DNA of 64,000 nucleotides from Lentisphaerota bacterium. GTDB lineage: Bacteria > Verrucomicrobiota > Kiritimatiellia > UBA8416 > JAUUYL01. The number at the start of each line of letters is the position of its first letter. The stretch's first letter is position 1. This document shows, piece after piece, positions 45,250-55,089 of the stretch. Under the pieces are notes generated by a model that searched no databases, was not told where the DNA came from, and saw only the letters and a program-made list of their open reading frames with translations. The stretch covers positions 6,084-70,083 of the forward strand of contig JAUUYL010000005.1 in the NCBI GenBank assembly GCA_030590485.1. Direction: 5' to 3'. The position numbers and the translations under genes are program-made.

Positions 45250-46416
45250 ATGAAGTTTTTGTTGGATTTCTTAGATAAAGAGCGGCCTAAGTACCATAAA
45301 GGTGGTTGGCGCGAGAAGATTGAACCTTTGTTCGAGGCTGGTGACGGGTTCTTGTTTACCCGGGATAAGGTGACGGCGAAGGGTTCGCATGTTCGTGATG
45401 CGCTGGATCTAAAACGTCTACTGATTACGGTTATCTGGGGTATAATGCCTTGTTTTCTGTTTGGTATATGGAATGCCGGGCATCAGTATAATTTGAACAC
45501 TGTCGGCATCGAGCCCGGGTTTGTGGCTGATGTTCTTCGGGGGCTGTTTATTGTCCTTCCTGTTGTCATAGTCTCATATGGTGTTGGTGGGTTCTGGGAA
45601 GTTCTTTTCTCCTGTGTTCGCAAGCACGAGATCAACGAGGGCCTGCTTGTTACCGGGTTGTTATTTCCATTGGTGCTTCCGCCAACGCTCCCTTTATGGC
45701 AGGTGGCTGTGGCGGTTTCGTTTGGGGTGGTTATCGGTAAGGAGATTTTTGGCGGTACAGGCATGAATCTTGTTAATCCGGCTCTGATGTCGCGAGCATT
45801 TCTATTTTTCGCTTACGCAAAATATATTGTGGGTGATGTTTGGATTGCGACGGGTGAAACTGCAATTGATGCGTACTCAGGGGCAACTCCGCTTGGTATT
45901 ATCGCCAACTTGCCAGAAGGCACATCGGCGGTACAGGCTCTGAACGATGCCGGGTATAGTTTTACATCTATGGCTATAGGCAGCATGCCTGGGAGCATAG
46001 GGGAGACAAGCGCGATCGCTTGTGCGTTTGGAGCAGCACTTTTAATTGTAACAGGCGTGGCATCCTGGCGGATTATGTTGTCATGCGTGGTGGGTTTGTT
46101 GGGTGTGTCAACACTCGCAAAGATTTCAGGCGTTGTCGGCATGGGTCAGATCCCCCCGTATTATCACCTGGTAATGGGCGGCTTTGCATTTGGTGCGGTT
46201 TTCATGGCTACTGATCCTGTATCGGCTACAGCTACAAACCTCGGTAAATGGATTTACGGTTTTCTGATTGGGGCTTTGGTCGCCGTCGTGAGAATTTGGA
46301 ACCCTGCGTATCCAGAGGGGGTGATGCTTTCGATCTTATTCATGAATGTGATGGCACCAATGGTAGATTATTTCGTTGTAGAATATCACGTAAAGCGGAG
46401 GCTGAAACGTGGGTGA
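45250..46416 (+). CDS. nqrB: Na+-NQR subunit B
   Basis: Polytopic membrane protein. 'YSGATPLG' is the FMN-attachment Thr context. It sits in the nqr gene order. Confidence 0.95.
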   Translation: MKFLLDFLDKERPKYHKGGWREKIEPLFEAGDGFLFTRDKVTAKGSHVRDALDLKRLLITVIWGIMPCFLFGIWNAGHQYNLNTVGIEPGFVADVLRGLFIVLPVVIVSYGVGGFWEVLFSCVRKHEINEGLLVTGLLFPLVLPPTLPLWQVAVAVSFGVVIGKEIFGGTGMNLVNPALMSRAFLFFAYAKYIVGDVWIATGETAIDAYSGATPLGIIANLPEGTSAVQALNDAGYSFTSMAIGSMPGSIGETSAIACAFGAALLIVTGVASWRIMLSCVVGLLGVSTLAKISGVVGMGQIPPYYHLVMGGFAFGAVFMATDPVSATATNLGKWIYGFLIGALVAVVRIWNPAYPEGVMLSILFMNVMAPMVDYFVVEYHVKRRLKRG

Positions 46417-47134
46417 GCAGATAAAAACAATTGGCTTTGCTACTGCGGTCTGCCTGGTGTGCAGTCTGTTGCTTTCCGTGGTGTATTCCAGTCTCAGGGA
46501 AGAGCAGGAGGCAAACAAAGCAAACGAGGTCAAGGTCAAGGTTCTCAGCGTTCTTGGCCTTGAGGTTCTTGACGAGAAGGGTCGCCAGATCAAAACGAAC
46601 GAAGAAATTGTCGAGATGTTCACCAGCCAGATTGAAGGGATGGTTCTGGACAGCAACGGAAAGATGGTTGAGGGCGTATCTGTAGGAGATCTTACAGCTG
46701 AGGATATCAATTTGCGCCTGAAGACAGGCCAGAAGGAATATTACCCGCTTTACATATATAAAGACAAGACGACAGGCAATAAGAAATACGCGATTCACAT
46801 GAGCGGTATGGGTCTATGGTCTGTGGTTAAGGCGTACATGGCTATGAATAGTGATTTGGAGACAATCTCCGGCATGGTGTTTTATGATCACGCTGAGACG
46901 CCGGGCCTTGGCGGAGAAATCGAAAAAGACTTCTTTCAGAACCAGTTTGAGGGGAAGAGGATGCGTGAAAAGGGTAAACTGAAAGAGTTTAATATTATTA
47001 AGCCGGGTCTTGAGACAGATGATTTTTGCATAAGCGGGATAAGCGCCGCTACGATGACCTGCAATGGCGTAAAGGCGTTTATCAATAAAGATTTCAAAGT
47101 ATACAACATGTATTTCGATACAATCAGGAATTGA
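46409..47134 (+). CDS. nqrC: Na+-NQR subunit C
   Basis: Single N-terminal TM helix. 'GMGLWS', 'ETPGLGGEI' and FMN-attachment 'SGISAATMTCNGV'. Confidence 0.95.
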   Translation: MGEQIKTIGFATAVCLVCSLLLSVVYSSLREEQEANKANEVKVKVLSVLGLEVLDEKGRQIKTNEEIVEMFTSQIEGMVLDSNGKMVEGVSVGDLTAEDINLRLKTGQKEYYPLYIYKDKTTGNKKYAIHMSGMGLWSVVKAYMAMNSDLETISGMVFYDHAETPGLGGEIEKDFFQNQFEGKRMREKGKLKEFNIIKPGLETDDFCISGISAATMTCNGVKAFINKDFKVYNMYFDTIRN

Positions 47135-47137
47135 GGA

Positions 47138-47746
47138 ATGGCTAGCAATAAACGCATTTTATGTGATCCGTTAACAGATAATAATCCTATTACCTGGCAG
47201 GTTTTGGGTGTCTGTTCGGCTCTCGCCGTGACGACACAGGTGAAGACTGCCATTGTGATGAGTTTGGCGCTGACGTTCGTTCTCTGTTTTTCCAATCTTG
47301 TAATATCGCTTTTGCGCAAGGTGATACCTGGCAAGATACGGATGATTGTCGAGCTGTGCGTGATAGCCACGTTAGTCATCATTGCGGATCAGTTCCTGAA
47401 GGCCAAGATGTATGATGTGAGTAAGCAGTTGAGTGTTTTTGTAGGGCTCATCATTACTAACTGTATTGTCATGGGGCGTGCGGAGGCGTTTGCGCTCCAG
47501 AACAAACCGTTTGCTTCCGTATTGGATGGTATAGGGAATGGGCTTGGATACAGTATAGTTTTAGTTGCGGTTGCGGCGATTCGGGAACTCCTTGGGTCGG
47601 GCACCTTGCTAGGATTGCAAGTCATGCCGGAAGCATATCCCTGTAACACGCTCATGATATTGCCGCCTGGAGCATTTATTATTATTGGCCTGCTCATATG
47701 GTTCCAGCGGGTATATATTTCGAAAACTTTAAGAGAAGAAGAATGA
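47138..47746 (+). CDS. nqrD: Na+-NQR subunit D
   Basis: '[17 protein letters not shown]' and '[14 protein letters not shown]' are NqrD/RnfE-type motifs. Confidence 0.95.
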   Translation: MASNKRILCDPLTDNNPITWQVLGVCSALAVTTQVKTAIVMSLALTFVLCFSNLVISLLRKVIPGKIRMIVELCVIATLVIIADQFLKAKMYDVSKQLSVFVGLIITNCIVMGRAEAFALQNKPFASVLDGIGNGLGYSIVLVAVAAIRELLGSGTLLGLQVMPEAYPCNTLMILPPGAFIIIGLLIWFQRVYISKTLREEE

Positions 47747-47846
47747 GAATGGACAGTACGACAGTAGGACAGTGGACAGTGAATGGGGAAAAGTACCCTA
47801 CCGTCCATAGTCCTCGGACTATAGTTCCGGGGCAGGGGGAGATAAC
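47747..47846. repeat. Structured intercistronic repeat element (copy 2) with a tandem heptamer array
   Basis: GGACAGT-A-CGACAGT-A-GGACAGT-GGACAGT (47751-47780), then ACCCTACCGTCCATAGTCC-TC-GGACTATAG and CCGGGGCAGGGGGAG. It is alignable with the nqrA-nqrB spacer. Confidence 0.85.
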
Positions 47847-48467
47847 ATGGATTTGTTGAATCTGGCAGTTAAATCGATATTTATCGAGAATATACTATTG
47901 GCGCTGTTCCTTGGTATGTGCTCTTATCTGGCGCAGTCAAAAAAGGTTGAATCCGCGAAGGGTTTGGGGTTGGCGGTAATTTTTGTTCTCACGATTGCCA
48001 CCCCGATCAATTGGCTGATAAGGAAATATTTATTGGCAAAGGGCGCGTTGGAATGGACGGGCGTAGAGGCGCTGGCTGAGTTGGACTTGTCGTTTCTGAC
48101 ATTTATATGCTTTATCGCTGTAATCGCATCATTGGTTCAGATCGTTGAAATCGTGATCGATAGGTTCTTTCCTGCGCTTTATACAACACTTGGCATTTTC
48201 CTTCCTCTGATTTCGGTGAACTGCGCGATTCTGGGTGCGTCACTTTTTATGGTAGAACGCAAGTATACTCTTGCTCAGTCTGCAGTGTACGGGTTTTCGT
48301 CCGGCATTGGCTGGGCGTTGGCAATTGTAGCACTGGCTTGCATAAGGAAAAAACTGCGTTATTCGCATGTTCCTGATCCGTTGCGCGGCCTTGGTATTGC
48401 GTTTATCATTACGGGTTTAATGGCCATAGGGTTTTTATGTTTTTCCGGGATTAATTTGGGTAGCTGA
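47847..48467 (+). CDS. nqrE: Na+-NQR subunit E
   Basis: '[31 protein letters not shown]' is typical of NqrE/RnfA. Confidence 0.95.
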   Translation: MDLLNLAVKSIFIENILLALFLGMCSYLAQSKKVESAKGLGLAVIFVLTIATPINWLIRKYLLAKGALEWTGVEALAELDLSFLTFICFIAVIASLVQIVEIVIDRFFPALYTTLGIFLPLISVNCAILGASLFMVERKYTLAQSAVYGFSSGIGWALAIVALACIRKKLRYSHVPDPLRGLGIAFIITGLMAIGFLCFSGINLGS

Positions 48468-48468
48468 T

Positions 48469-49689
48469 ATGGATTGGTTTTTTGTAATAGCGAGCACGGT
48501 GGTCTTTACGGGAGTCATACTCCTCCTTGTAGTGATTCTGTCGTTCATATCGAGTCGTCTTTCTCCTGGCGGCTCGGTTGTCATTAATATTAATGACGGC
48601 AAGAAGTCCATGACAGTAGAGCCGGGTCAGAATCTGTTGTCGACATTGGTCGGAGCTGAGGTGTTTATACCTTCTGCCTGTGGTGGTGGCGGAACTTGCG
48701 GCATGTGCAAATGCGTCGTAAATGAGGGCGGCGGAGAGATTCTTCCAACGGAATTGGGTTTCATCAAGAAGTCGGAACGTCGTGAGGGTGTGCGTTTGGC
48801 TTGTCAGGTGAAAGTGCGTGAAGATATGAAAATCTCAGTTCCCGAAGAAGTTCTTGATGTCAAGAAGTGGGAATGTACGGTTCGTTCCAACGAGAGCGTG
48901 GCGACCTTTATTAAGGCATTCATTATTGATCTTCCGGAAGGTGAGACTCTCAACTTCCGTGCTGGCGGCTACATCCAGATTGACATTCCTAAATATAACT
49001 TAGCATTCAAAGACTTTGTTATTGGTGATGAATACAAGGGTGATTGGGAACACTTCAACTTCCTGGATCTTACTTGTCGGAATGACGAAGAATGCTTTCG
49101 TGCTTATTCCATGGCTAACCATCCTGCGGAAGGTAACTGTGTCATGTTGAATATTCGCATAGCTACGCCTCCGCCCAAGACGAGTTTTCCTCCCGGAATA
49201 GCATCATCATACATTTACAATCTCAAGCCTGGCGACAAGGTGATGGTCAGCGGACCTTATGGTGAATTCTTCTTAAAGGATACAGATAGAGAGATCATGT
49301 TTATTGGCGGCGGTGCTGGCATGGCACCTATGCGTAGCCATATCTTTGACCTGTTTCATACGAAGAAGACGGACCGAAAGGTTAGCTTCTGGTATGGGGC
49401 GAGATCGAGTAGAGAAGTATTTTATGATGATGAGTTTGAGCAGATTGCAAGAGAGAATGACAACTTCAAGTTCGAGATAGGCCTCAGTGATCCTCAGCCT
49501 GAAGACAACGGGGAAGGTTATACAGGTTTCATTCATCAGGTTGTGCTGGAAAACTATCTTGATCAACATGAGGATCCCACCGAAATAGAATATTATCTTT
49601 GTGGTCCCCCGCTGATGTTGAGTGCGGTAAATAAGATGCTGTACGATCTCGGTGTTGATCCCGATATGATAATGTATGACGAATTTTAG
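48469..49689 (+). CDS. nqrF: Na+-NQR subunit F
   Basis: N-terminal TM helix. 2Fe-2S motif '[12 protein letters not shown]...C'. FAD site 'RAYSMAN'. NADH site 'GGGAGMAP'. Confidence 0.95.
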   Translation: MDWFFVIASTVVFTGVILLLVVILSFISSRLSPGGSVVININDGKKSMTVEPGQNLLSTLVGAEVFIPSACGGGGTCGMCKCVVNEGGGEILPTELGFIKKSERREGVRLACQVKVREDMKISVPEEVLDVKKWECTVRSNESVATFIKAFIIDLPEGETLNFRAGGYIQIDIPKYNLAFKDFVIGDEYKGDWEHFNFLDLTCRNDEECFRAYSMANHPAEGNCVMLNIRIATPPPKTSFPPGIASSYIYNLKPGDKVMVSGPYGEFFLKDTDREIMFIGGGAGMAPMRSHIFDLFHTKKTDRKVSFWYGARSSREVFYDDEFEQIARENDNFKFEIGLSDPQPEDNGEGYTGFIHQVVLENYLDQHEDPTEIEYYLCGPPLMLSAVNKMLYDLGVDPDMIMYDEF

Positions 49690-49727
49690 TTTGGGTTATT
49701 CTGTCTCTAGCTAAGTGAGTCGCTGAA

Positions 49728-50795
49728 ATGCAAAAAAAACTATATACCTTTAAGATAATTGCTCTGTTGGTTGTGGTTTTCGGGCTTTATTATCTTTATA
49801 TCAGTCGGGTGTCAAGGGGGGGGCAATATGCAAGCCGCACGTTTTCCGGCCTTACCATGGGGACGTTTTATCGGGTAGAAATTGTAGGGCACGATTTGAG
49901 TCGTGCTGAGATTAGCGCGACGAAGGCAAAAGTCGATATGGTCCTTCTCGGTGTTAACGATGCCATGTCAACATACATTCCAGAAAGTGACATATCTCGG
50001 TTTAACGCGTTGGACAGTGTTGAAGCGTTTGATGTGTCGGAGAGTCTTTCCTATGTAGCGGAAGCGGCTCTGGTTGTGTCAAGGGCGAGCGATGGAGCGT
50101 TTGATCCCACGGTAGGTCCGCTTGTTAACTTGTGGGGGTTCGGCAGCGAAGATGTCGAAGATGAGATCCCAACGCAAGCGCAGATAGATGAAGTACGTAA
50201 GAATGTTGGGTATCAATATCTGTCTATCCCTAAGCCCGGGACATTGCAAAAGGCAATTCCTGGTTTGCAACTGGATCTGGGGGCTGTCGCCAAGGGGGCA
50301 GGGGTAGATATGGTGTTGTATTTACTGAATGATAGTGGCTACTCAAATGTTTTGGTAGAGGTGGGCGGAGAGATAGCGGTTTCCGGGCACAACAAGCGTG
50401 GTAAGAATTGGAAGATTTCCATTGAAACGCCGAAGATGGATGCCGGGATAGGGGAAGGGCGATATGCCATATTGTCGCTTGAAAAAGGTGCGGTTGCTAC
50501 GTCAGGTGATTACAGAAATTACAAGGAGGAAGGTGACCGTCATTATTCGCATGTGCTTGATCCTCGGACAGGTTGGCCGGTGAGTAATGGGGTGGCAAGC
50601 GTAACGGTTGTGGCTAAGGATTGTATGACCGCCGACGCTCTGGCGACAGCGCTAATGGTGTTGGGCCCCGAGAAGGGCTTGAATTTTATGATTACGCAGG
50701 AAGGTGCAGATGCGATGATTGTGGTCAGGAATGACACTGGTGAGTATCGTGACTATTGGACTGCCGGTTTCTCGAGGTACGTTTTTCAAAATTGA
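49728..50795 (+). CDS. apbE: FAD:protein FMN transferase (flavin-trafficking protein ApbE)
   Basis: 'LTMGTFYRVEI', 'FDPTVGPLVNLWGFG', 'LDLGAVAKG' and 'VATSGDYRNY' are ApbE family motifs. It lies directly downstream of nqrF. Confidence 0.9.
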   Translation: MQKKLYTFKIIALLVVVFGLYYLYISRVSRGGQYASRTFSGLTMGTFYRVEIVGHDLSRAEISATKAKVDMVLLGVNDAMSTYIPESDISRFNALDSVEAFDVSESLSYVAEAALVVSRASDGAFDPTVGPLVNLWGFGSEDVEDEIPTQAQIDEVRKNVGYQYLSIPKPGTLQKAIPGLQLDLGAVAKGAGVDMVLYLLNDSGYSNVLVEVGGEIAVSGHNKRGKNWKISIETPKMDAGIGEGRYAILSLEKGAVATSGDYRNYKEEGDRHYSHVLDPRTGWPVSNGVASVTVVAKDCMTADALATALMVLGPEKGLNFMITQEGADAMIVVRNDTGEYRDYWTAGFSRYVFQN

Positions 50796-50916
50796 GAGGT
50801 GCACTACAGCAACCGGCTCGCATTTTTCGGCCGCGGATAATAAGGCCTATAGCCATGCCAACGAAGCAAAGAAGGAATATAGCACAAGAAATAATAATGG
50901 TAAGGACAGTGTTCAC
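50725..50916 (-). CDS. Candidate NqrM-like small Cys-containing membrane protein (uncertain)
   Basis: GTG start with no clear SD. 'FLLCFVGMAIGLIIRGRKMRAGCCS' resembles the NqrM (DUF539) pattern of a TM helix followed by a basic stretch and G-S-C-G-G. It is convergent with apbE and overlaps its last 71 nt, which is atypical. Confidence 0.3.
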   Translation of the reverse strand: MNTVLTIIISCAIFLLCFVGMAIGLIIRGRKMRAGCCSAPLNFEKRTSRNRQSNSHDTHQCHS

Positions 50917-50999
50917 GGTTAGATATTAGCAGGCAGACTGTTGAGCGCAAGAATCAAAAGTATTTTTCGGAGACAAAGCACATAAAAAGGAGAAATAAA

Positions 51000-51464
51000 A
51001 TGAGAACAGCTGCAGATATTCTTAAGAACAATGTACATGACATCGCCAGCGTTCCGGCTGACACGACTCTTTTTGACACGTTAATTTTAATGTCAAAAAA
51101 GAAGGTCGGAGCAATGTTAGTGAAGGGTGGCGAAGAGTATATCGGCATATGGACCGAACGCGACCTTATGCGGCAGGTGATTCAGGACGGATTTGATCTG
51201 AAAACAGCCAAGATCGGAGACTATATGGTGACAGACCTGAGATACGCAGACGGCTCTGAGACGGTGTATGATATGATGGATAAGTTTCTTGGGTTGCGTT
51301 TGAGACACCTTTTGATTCAGGAAGATGGGAAGGTTATAGGTGTTTTATCGATTGGGGATGTCATAAAGGCCACTCTCAGGGAAAAGAAGGACGAGATCGA
51401 GAGTTTAAACACCCTGGTCAGCTGGGAATACTATGAAGAATGGAAGCCTAAGACCGCAGAGTGA
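51000..51464 (+). CDS. CBS-domain-pair protein
   Basis: SD AAGGAG lies upstream. Two CBS motifs are 'VGAMLVKGGEEYIGIWTERDLM' and 'HLLIQEDGKVIGVLSIGDVI'. Confidence 0.85.
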   Translation: MRTAADILKNNVHDIASVPADTTLFDTLILMSKKKVGAMLVKGGEEYIGIWTERDLMRQVIQDGFDLKTAKIGDYMVTDLRYADGSETVYDMMDKFLGLRLRHLLIQEDGKVIGVLSIGDVIKATLREKKDEIESLNTLVSWEYYEEWKPKTAE

Positions 51465-51491
51465 GTTTGAGCAGAAACAGGAGAAGAGCAG

Positions 51492-51935
51492 ATGAATTTG
51501 GGTGAAGTGCTGGAGGGCATAGCCGACTTTGAGGTTAAACTGGAGTCTTATTATGCTTCGGTCAGAGATGAGTCAGGGTCTAACGGGGTTCGGTTGCTTG
51601 TGTATTTTTTAGGCAGAAACAGACGTAGAATTCAATCGATTGTTGAGGCTTGTTCTGCTGAAATGCTTGACGGAATCAAAGCAGAGAAGGTGGGCGACAA
51701 TCTCGCGTGTAACCTGGTCGAGGCGCTTGAGACTGCAGTGCATCCGCCCAAGCAGGTAGATGCAGCACAGCTTCTTGAATTGGCTGATAACTTGGATGGG
51801 CTCTGCTTGAACTATTACAAGGAAGTCATACAGGTGTTGAGCGATGGGGATGCGATAAATCTCTTGGATCGCTTTATTGACTTGAAACAGGCTGAAAGAA
51901 CGATGTTACAGAAAATGTCGGCGGTTGATTATTAA
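51492..51935 (+). CDS. Hypothetical helical protein
   Basis: 147 aa with no recognised motifs. It is operonic with the CBS protein and the histidine kinase (27-nt and 17-nt spacers). Confidence 0.55.
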   Translation: MNLGEVLEGIADFEVKLESYYASVRDESGSNGVRLLVYFLGRNRRRIQSIVEACSAEMLDGIKAEKVGDNLACNLVEALETAVHPPKQVDAAQLLELADNLDGLCLNYYKEVIQVLSDGDAINLLDRFIDLKQAERTMLQKMSAVDY

Positions 51936-51952
51936 CGATCCGGATAGGCGAT

Positions 51953-53782
51953 ATGGCAACATTTGAGTTGTATGGGAAAGCTGAAGAGGGTGCATCCCGC
52001 GGCAATCAGCCGGGCGGGTTTGGTAACGATGTATTAGTCAATAACGCCAGATGGTTTGTTTCTTTACGTTGGGTAGTTGCGTTTGTTCTTGCGGTGGCTG
52101 GAGTCGGGGGAAAGTATTTCCCCTCGATTTATGGCTGTGATGCCACAAACTTTATTCTCTGCTGGCCATGCCGCCTTGCGGCCGTTCTGATGCTGGCGAA
52201 CATATATTTTTCTATACGCGTCAAGAAGCTTACCGTTCAGTCATCCAGAAGTGAAGTATTCACAAGTTTATGGACTCAAATAGCGTTTGATCTGGTGGTG
52301 TTGACTGCGGTGGTTCATTACGTTGGAAGTATAGAGACATTTATATCTTTCACTTATCTCTTTCATATTGTATTGGCATGCATATTTTTCTCCAGGGGAA
52401 GCAGTCTGGCGGTGACTTTGTTGGCGGCAGCGCTTTATACGGTTTGCGTGGCGCTTGAGGCGAATGGAATATGGACAAAAAGCTGTGTCGTGGAATCGCT
52501 TATTACCATTAGACCGGAAAATGCAATATACGCTGTTATCTACCCGGCTTCCGCGATAGCGATCTGGCTTGTGGTGTGGTATCTGGTGTCTACGCTAGCT
52601 AGCACGGTGCACGAGCGGAACGTACAGATAACACTTGTGAATGAACAGTTGAACAAGGCGCATATAGAGAAAAACCAGCAGATGTTAAAAACCACCCATG
52701 ATCTGAAGGCTCCGTTTTCGGGAATGGAAAATAATATCCAGATGCTGCGAATGCTACACTGGGACAGTCTTTCTGATGAGGTGAAAGATCTGATTGAGCG
52801 TATAGAGACGAGGGCGAAGATTTTGCGTGAGCGCATCAAGGAGATATTGTTATTGGGCGACTTGAGGAGTGTTTCGGAGAATGCCAAACGGGTAGAGTGG
52901 GAGGATATTGACCTAAGGGGGCTTTTCGATAAGGTGTTGGAAGAAGTGCAGGGTAAAGCGACTGCGCGAAAGATAGAGATAGATATGGACATTCCGGCTG
53001 TAGACGTGAGAAGCAATAAAAAGAAACTGGTCACTTTGTTTAGTAATTTGTTGTCCAATGCTGTGTTTTACTCGCCGGAAGGGGCGCATGTTCAGGTGGT
53101 TGCAGAGCGACGAGATGCTGAGCTGGTGGTTAGTATTGTGGATAAGGGGATAGGCATTAGCAAAGAAGCTTTACCCCGTATTTTTGAGGAATTCTACATT
53201 TCTAAGGAAGGATCCCAATTTAATAAGTTGTCAAGCGGTCTCGGTTTGGCTATCGTTCATGAGATAGTTGATATGTTGGAGCTTCAGATACGGGTGGAAA
53301 GTGAGCTGGGCAAGGGGTCTCGATTTGAGGTTATTATGCCTGATGCAAAAGATGCGGACGGCAGGAATATAAAGCAAAAGGAGGAGAGCAAAATGGCGAA
53401 GGTACAAATCATTGATGACGAAGTTGATCTTGCCGGTAATCTAAAGATTCTGTTAGAGAAAGAAGGGCATACAGCTTTCACTTTCAATGAGGTAGAAGGT
53501 GCTGTTGATGAAATCATCAAGAATGCACCGGATGTTCTTGTGTTGGACGTGATGTTTCCTGGTAATCCGGCTGGTGGTTTTGATATAGCTCGGGCAGCCA
53601 GAACTCGCGATGAGCTCAAGAGTCTTCCTATCATCATGCTCACGGGTGTGAATCAGGAAATGCCGGTTGATTTCTCAAGTCAGGACATTGACTCAGATTG
53701 GTTGCCGGTTCAGGATTTCTTAGAGAAGCCTGTGGATATGCCGAAACTGATAGAGACGATAAACGGTTTATTGAAGAGCTAA
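51953..53782 (+). CDS. Hybrid sensor histidine kinase (membrane sensor, HisKA, HATPase_c and receiver)
   Basis: About 6 N-terminal helices. H-box 'THDLKAPFSG', N-box 'LLSNAVFYSP', G-boxes 'DKGIGIS' and 'GLGLAIV'. C-terminal receiver 'VQIIDDEVD...VLVLDVMFPG...LPIIMLTG'. Confidence 0.9.
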   Translation: MATFELYGKAEEGASRGNQPGGFGNDVLVNNARWFVSLRWVVAFVLAVAGVGGKYFPSIYGCDATNFILCWPCRLAAVLMLANIYFSIRVKKLTVQSSRSEVFTSLWTQIAFDLVVLTAVVHYVGSIETFISFTYLFHIVLACIFFSRGSSLAVTLLAAALYTVCVALEANGIWTKSCVVESLITIRPENAIYAVIYPASAIAIWLVVWYLVSTLASTVHERNVQITLVNEQLNKAHIEKNQQMLKTTHDLKAPFSGMENNIQMLRMLHWDSLSDEVKDLIERIETRAKILRERIKEILLLGDLRSVSENAKRVEWEDIDLRGLFDKVLEEVQGKATARKIEIDMDIPAVDVRSNKKKLVTLFSNLLSNAVFYSPEGAHVQVVAERRDAELVVSIVDKGIGISKEALPRIFEEFYISKEGSQFNKLSSGLGLAIVHEIVDMLELQIRVESELGKGSRFEVIMPDAKDADGRNIKQKEESKMAKVQIIDDEVDLAGNLKILLEKEGHTAFTFNEVEGAVDEIIKNAPDVLVLDVMFPGNPAGGFDIARAARTRDELKSLPIIMLTGVNQEMPVDFSSQDIDSDWLPVQDFLEKPVDMPKLIETINGLLKS

Positions 53783-55036
53783 GAGCGTTTTCTCAACGAA
53801 TATATTGATGTCTTCTTCCGTATGGGCTGCAGAGACGAATGCGGCCTCGAATTGCGACGGCGGAAGGTAGATTCCAGACTTCAGCATAGAGTGAAAGAAT
53901 TTCGCATGCTGTTTGGTGTCACAGCATTTAGCGTCTTCAAGATTCTTTATTTCTTCCTTGCGGAAGAATGGTGTAAACACTCCGCCTAATTGTGCTATGT
54001 GCATATCGATGTTTTTCTCTGCGCAGTGTGAGTTTACGCTGTCGGCCAGCTTCTTGCCCAATCGCGCCATCTCGGGGTAGGGGTTCTCATCACGCAGTAT
54101 TTTCAGAGTTGTCATTCCCGCTGCGACTGCCACAGGATTTCCGCTGAGAGTTCCTGCCTGATAAACTGCGCCTAATGGAGCGAGCGATTCCATGATGTCT
54201 TTTCTGCCGCCGAGCGCGCCGATTGGCATTCCGCCGCCAATGATCTTGCCCAGAGTGGTTAGGTCTGGGGTTACATCACACATGTTTCCATAGGTTGTAG
54301 GTCCGAGTCTGAATCCATTTATCACCTCGTCAAAAATCAACAGAGCGCCGCAATCGTCGGAAATCTGTCTGAGTTCCTCAAGGAACCCTGGCTTGGAAGG
54401 TACCAAGCCCATATTCCCGGCTACAGGTTCCATGATAATCGCCGCGAGATCATTTGCGTTTTCTGAAACAATCTGCCTGACGGCATCAATATCGTTATAA
54501 GGTGCTACGAAAATATCTGCAGTCATGCTGTCAGGAACACCGGCGGATGATGATATGCCGGCTGTGAGCAGTCCACTGCCGGCAGAGACAAGGAGGCAGT
54601 CGGTATGGCCATGGTAGCCACCTTCAAACTTTAGTATCTTGTTGCGTCCTGTATATCCTCGTGCGAGACGTAAGGCAGTCATCACGGCTTCCGTGCCTGA
54701 GCTCACCAGCCTTACCATGTCGATGTAGGGAACCAGCTCACAGATGAGTTCGGCGAATTCCACTTCGCGTGGCGTATTGGTGCCAAAACTTGTGCCGTCA
54801 GAAGCGGCCTGCTTGATTGCTTCTACAACTTCTGGTCGAGCGTGGCCAAGCGGCAGGGGGCCCCATGATCCGCAGAAATCGATGAGCTCGACTCCATCGG
54901 CGGTCTGCATTCTGGAGCCATTGCCTTTGACGATGTATACTGGGTCGCCGCCTACTGAATTGAAAGCTCTTACCGGGCTGTTAACACCACCAGGAATTAC
55001 TTTGCATGCTCTTGCGAAAAGTTCTTTGGAATTCAT
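53768..55036 (-). CDS. hemL: Glutamate-1-semialdehyde 2,1-aminomutase
   Basis: From ATG 55036: 'MNSKELFARACKVIPGGVNSPVRAF' is the canonical HemL N-terminus. The PLP Lys context is 'TLGKIIGGG'. Confidence 0.95.
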   Translation of the reverse strand: MNSKELFARACKVIPGGVNSPVRAFNSVGGDPVYIVKGNGSRMQTADGVELIDFCGSWGPLPLGHARPEVVEAIKQAASDGTSFGTNTPREVEFAELICELVPYIDMVRLVSSGTEAVMTALRLARGYTGRNKILKFEGGYHGHTDCLLVSAGSGLLTAGISSSAGVPDSMTADIFVAPYNDIDAVRQIVSENANDLAAIIMEPVAGNMGLVPSKPGFLEELRQISDDCGALLIFDEVINGFRLGPTTYGNMCDVTPDLTTLGKIIGGGMPIGALGGRKDIMESLAPLGAVYQAGTLSGNPVAVAAGMTTLKILRDENPYPEMARLGKKLADSVNSHCAEKNIDMHIAQLGGVFTPFFRKEEIKNLEDAKCCDTKQHAKFFHSMLKSGIYLPPSQFEAAFVSAAHTEEDINIFVEKTLLALQ

Positions 55037-55089
55037 ATGTAGTTCGTTCAAAGTCGTGAAATCGTTAAAGCCGGCTTTCTCCCTATTCA

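Noticed and set aside
47749-47859. 36-codon ORF spanning the nqrD-nqrE spacer (MDSTTVGQWTVNGEK...)
   Set aside because: It is generated by the heptamer repeats themselves, lacks an SD, and runs out of frame into nqrE.
50719-50922. Plus-strand 67-aa ORF after and overlapping the apbE end, as a same-strand nqrM candidate
   Set aside because: It has no hydrophobic helix and no Cys cluster, so it does not resemble NqrM.
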